DNA of 63,717 bases, filler included, from Licmophora abbreviata (taxonomy: Eukaryota), in assembly GCA_900291995.1 (NCBI GenBank). It is 17 parts of 17 records of this genome, joined end to end, with 100 filler letters (N's around TTAATTAATTAA, not from the genome) between each part and the next. Parts side by side here need not be neighbours in the genome. Positions count along the whole stretch, not along the records: positions 61,285 to 63,717 come from OLMU01000286.1; 16 more parts are not named here. One strand, 5' to 3'. A program made the translations under genes and the position numbers. Position 1 is the stretch's first letter, and every line of letters starts with the position of its first letter. The notes below the pieces were generated by a model. That model had not been told where the DNA came from, made no database searches, and worked only from the letters and a program-made list of their open reading frames with translations. This document shows, in pieces, positions 61,755-63,717 of this stretch.

Positions 61755-63414
61755 ATGAATGAAGAAACATCTGCTCCTCCCTTATCGATGATGATGTCTG
61801 GACGTGCCGCAGTGCTGCCGCCAATTGTTCCAAGGAAGTCCCTCAAGCCCGTCGAATTTCCCCCGCCTGAGGCCCTGCTATCCCAAACCTCTTCTTCAGA
61901 ACGCCGGGCATCTTTTCTTCGCAATGTTTCCAAGGCGTCATCTACCAGCGGTGGCGGCGTGTCACGACGAACCTCCATCACCCCGGCCGAACTCCAAATC
62001 TTGGGCGCCATTGCCGCAGCGGGAGAGGAGGACGACGACAAGGATGAAGTGGTGGATAGTGAAGGCGATGCCGCGAGAAATCGGTTGAGGAGGTCGATAA
62101 AGCTCAAGTCAGCCCTGTTGACCGCGAGTGAAACAAACTTTCTTACAAAATTGGTAGATTCTGCTCCTTGCGAACAATTAGAAGCTGCTGCAGACGTGCT
62201 TGCTAACGATCCATTGTATAAGCCACCAAAGGCCAGGAGACATGTTTCGATTGTCATAAGTGGAGATTATGAGGATGAAGAAGGCAGTGAAGGAAAAGAG
62301 AAGCCCTCTCGTCAACGCGATGCGTCGTTTCGGAAGGAGCTATGGGAGGACTATTGGGAAGAAAGCTCATCGCTTGGACGTCTCTCTGATCACCAAGCTC
62401 CTGCTTCTAACAGCCCAAGCCACAAGACTCTAGATAGCCCATCACCGAGCAAGGAGGAGAAAAAGCCCCGCAATTTGGTCTACTTCTTTCAGAGAGCGCT
62501 ACTTATGATCGATAGTGACGATGAGCAATCAGATCACGTGCCAGACGAATCCACGAATACCGATGACGATTTCGATAATATTTCATTCTGGGTGCTTGGA
62601 ACAACTGAAACCGATGAAGACGTGCATCCTATGGTCCTATCGCCATCCATGATGGATGCCCTACGTCCACACATGCCGTATGCTTGTCAGCAAGACAACT
62701 ACTGGCTCAAATACTCAATGATCCGTGATGTAAGTGTGTATCGACCGCAACATACATCATCTGAGGGGTTCGTTCTCGACTCACCGTCGTCTCTTGCTTG
62801 CACAGGGAGCATCGCTTCGTTCCTTGATTCAGTGTGTGCGTCATTCCGCGAGAACAATCCTTGCTATCGAGACATTCGACGGCGATGTATTTGGTAGCTT
62901 TACTTCCTCCCCATGGAGAATCAATGGAGATAATTACTATGGAAGTGGCGAATCGTTCCTATGGCGTCTCTGCAAGTCGCGCTATACGCCCTGCCGGACG
63001 GTAGAAGAGCAGAAAATTCTCGAAAGTAAGATTGATGTCTTCGGCTGGAGCGGAAAGAATCGCAATGTGCAGCTACTGCCGTCGTTCGAGTCCGATCTAG
63101 CAATCGGAGGCGGTAGTCCCGACGATGACGACAGCTTGAGTGCTCACGCAGTCATGACGGACCGCGATGGCGTTGTGCATTCGAGCAAGGAGTGGGGTTT
63201 CGCCCTCACGCTCTCCAACGACCTGACCAGTGGAACGTCCCAATTTAGTGTGACGTTTGAGAACCCTTCCTTACCCACGACACAAAAGGAGGTGTTTGAA
63301 GTCGCCAACATTGAGATCTGGACGATGACGCCGGTAGACAATGAAGAGCAGGCTAAAGCCCTTGAGTTGAGTCGACAGTTTATCTTTGACCATGGACACT
63401 TTGTCGAGGCGTAG
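61755..63414 (+). CDS. TLDc-domain (OXR1-like) protein (intron ~62730-62805)
   Basis: WLKYSMIRD/GASL, LAIETFDGDVFGSF, YYGSGESFLW, LAIGGG, FENPSL, FEVANIEIW. Confidence 0.92.
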
Positions 63415-63717
63415 ATAGGATCAATAATGTGCACTGTAAAAGTATTCTCATAGTCCACATAAGTTGGTACCTTTTTATTCTCCTTCCAGAATTTAACAGA
63501 AAATCAAACTGAAGATTTGCCCCACGCGCCGGTGCGCGTTGGATGCATGGTGTACCGCGGCATTATAGGGTCGTGTTCAAGATGCTGTACCTAGTCCTCC
63601 CCTTGCAGCGATGACGGATCTCAATGACAGCGACGAGGATGACCCTTGCCTTTCAGGCATCAGCTTCATGTTTGAGGGAGCCGAAGCTTCGACCTTGAAA
63701 CTACTTTGATTGGCGAG

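Noticed and set aside
63610..63717. Possible start of another gene (MTDLNDSDEDD...)
   Set aside because: Too short and truncated by the window edge to support a call.

Overview
Gene-dense eukaryotic nuclear scaffold. The most likely source is a diatom: introns are short (about 80-150 nt, GT-AG), several proteins have bipartite signal + 'A-F'-type plastid leaders, and RXL motifs are common. Sixteen scaffold gaps (N-run/TTAATTAATTAA/N-run) interrupt the window. Recognisable genes: two tandem TRIC-like channels, PWP2, NDUFV1, a PsbP-domain lumenal protein, ATAD5/ELG1, MGDG synthase, a plastid mTERF, glucosidase II beta, a SET methyltransferase, a claudin-like 4TM protein, a trypsin, SPCS3, a domain-swapped CAS1-like protein, a beta-propeller receptor-like kinase, MED14, EDC4, a DUF3110-like tandem-domain protein, an MFS transporter, a GNAT, a NELF-A homologue, an acyl-CoA synthetase pseudogene and a TLDc protein. 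Two items stand out. (1) A tandem array at about 48.6-58.1 kb of five co-oriented single-pass membrane proteins. All five share RXL motifs and a TM-entry motif, four share a Cys domain and intron position, two share an upstream DNA motif, and one carries a silaffin-like KxxK Lys/Ser region. This is a candidate biosilica/cell-wall membrane protein family. (2) A NELF-A (Pol II pausing factor) homologue in a non-animal genome. All assignments come from motif recognition by eye; no database searches were run.
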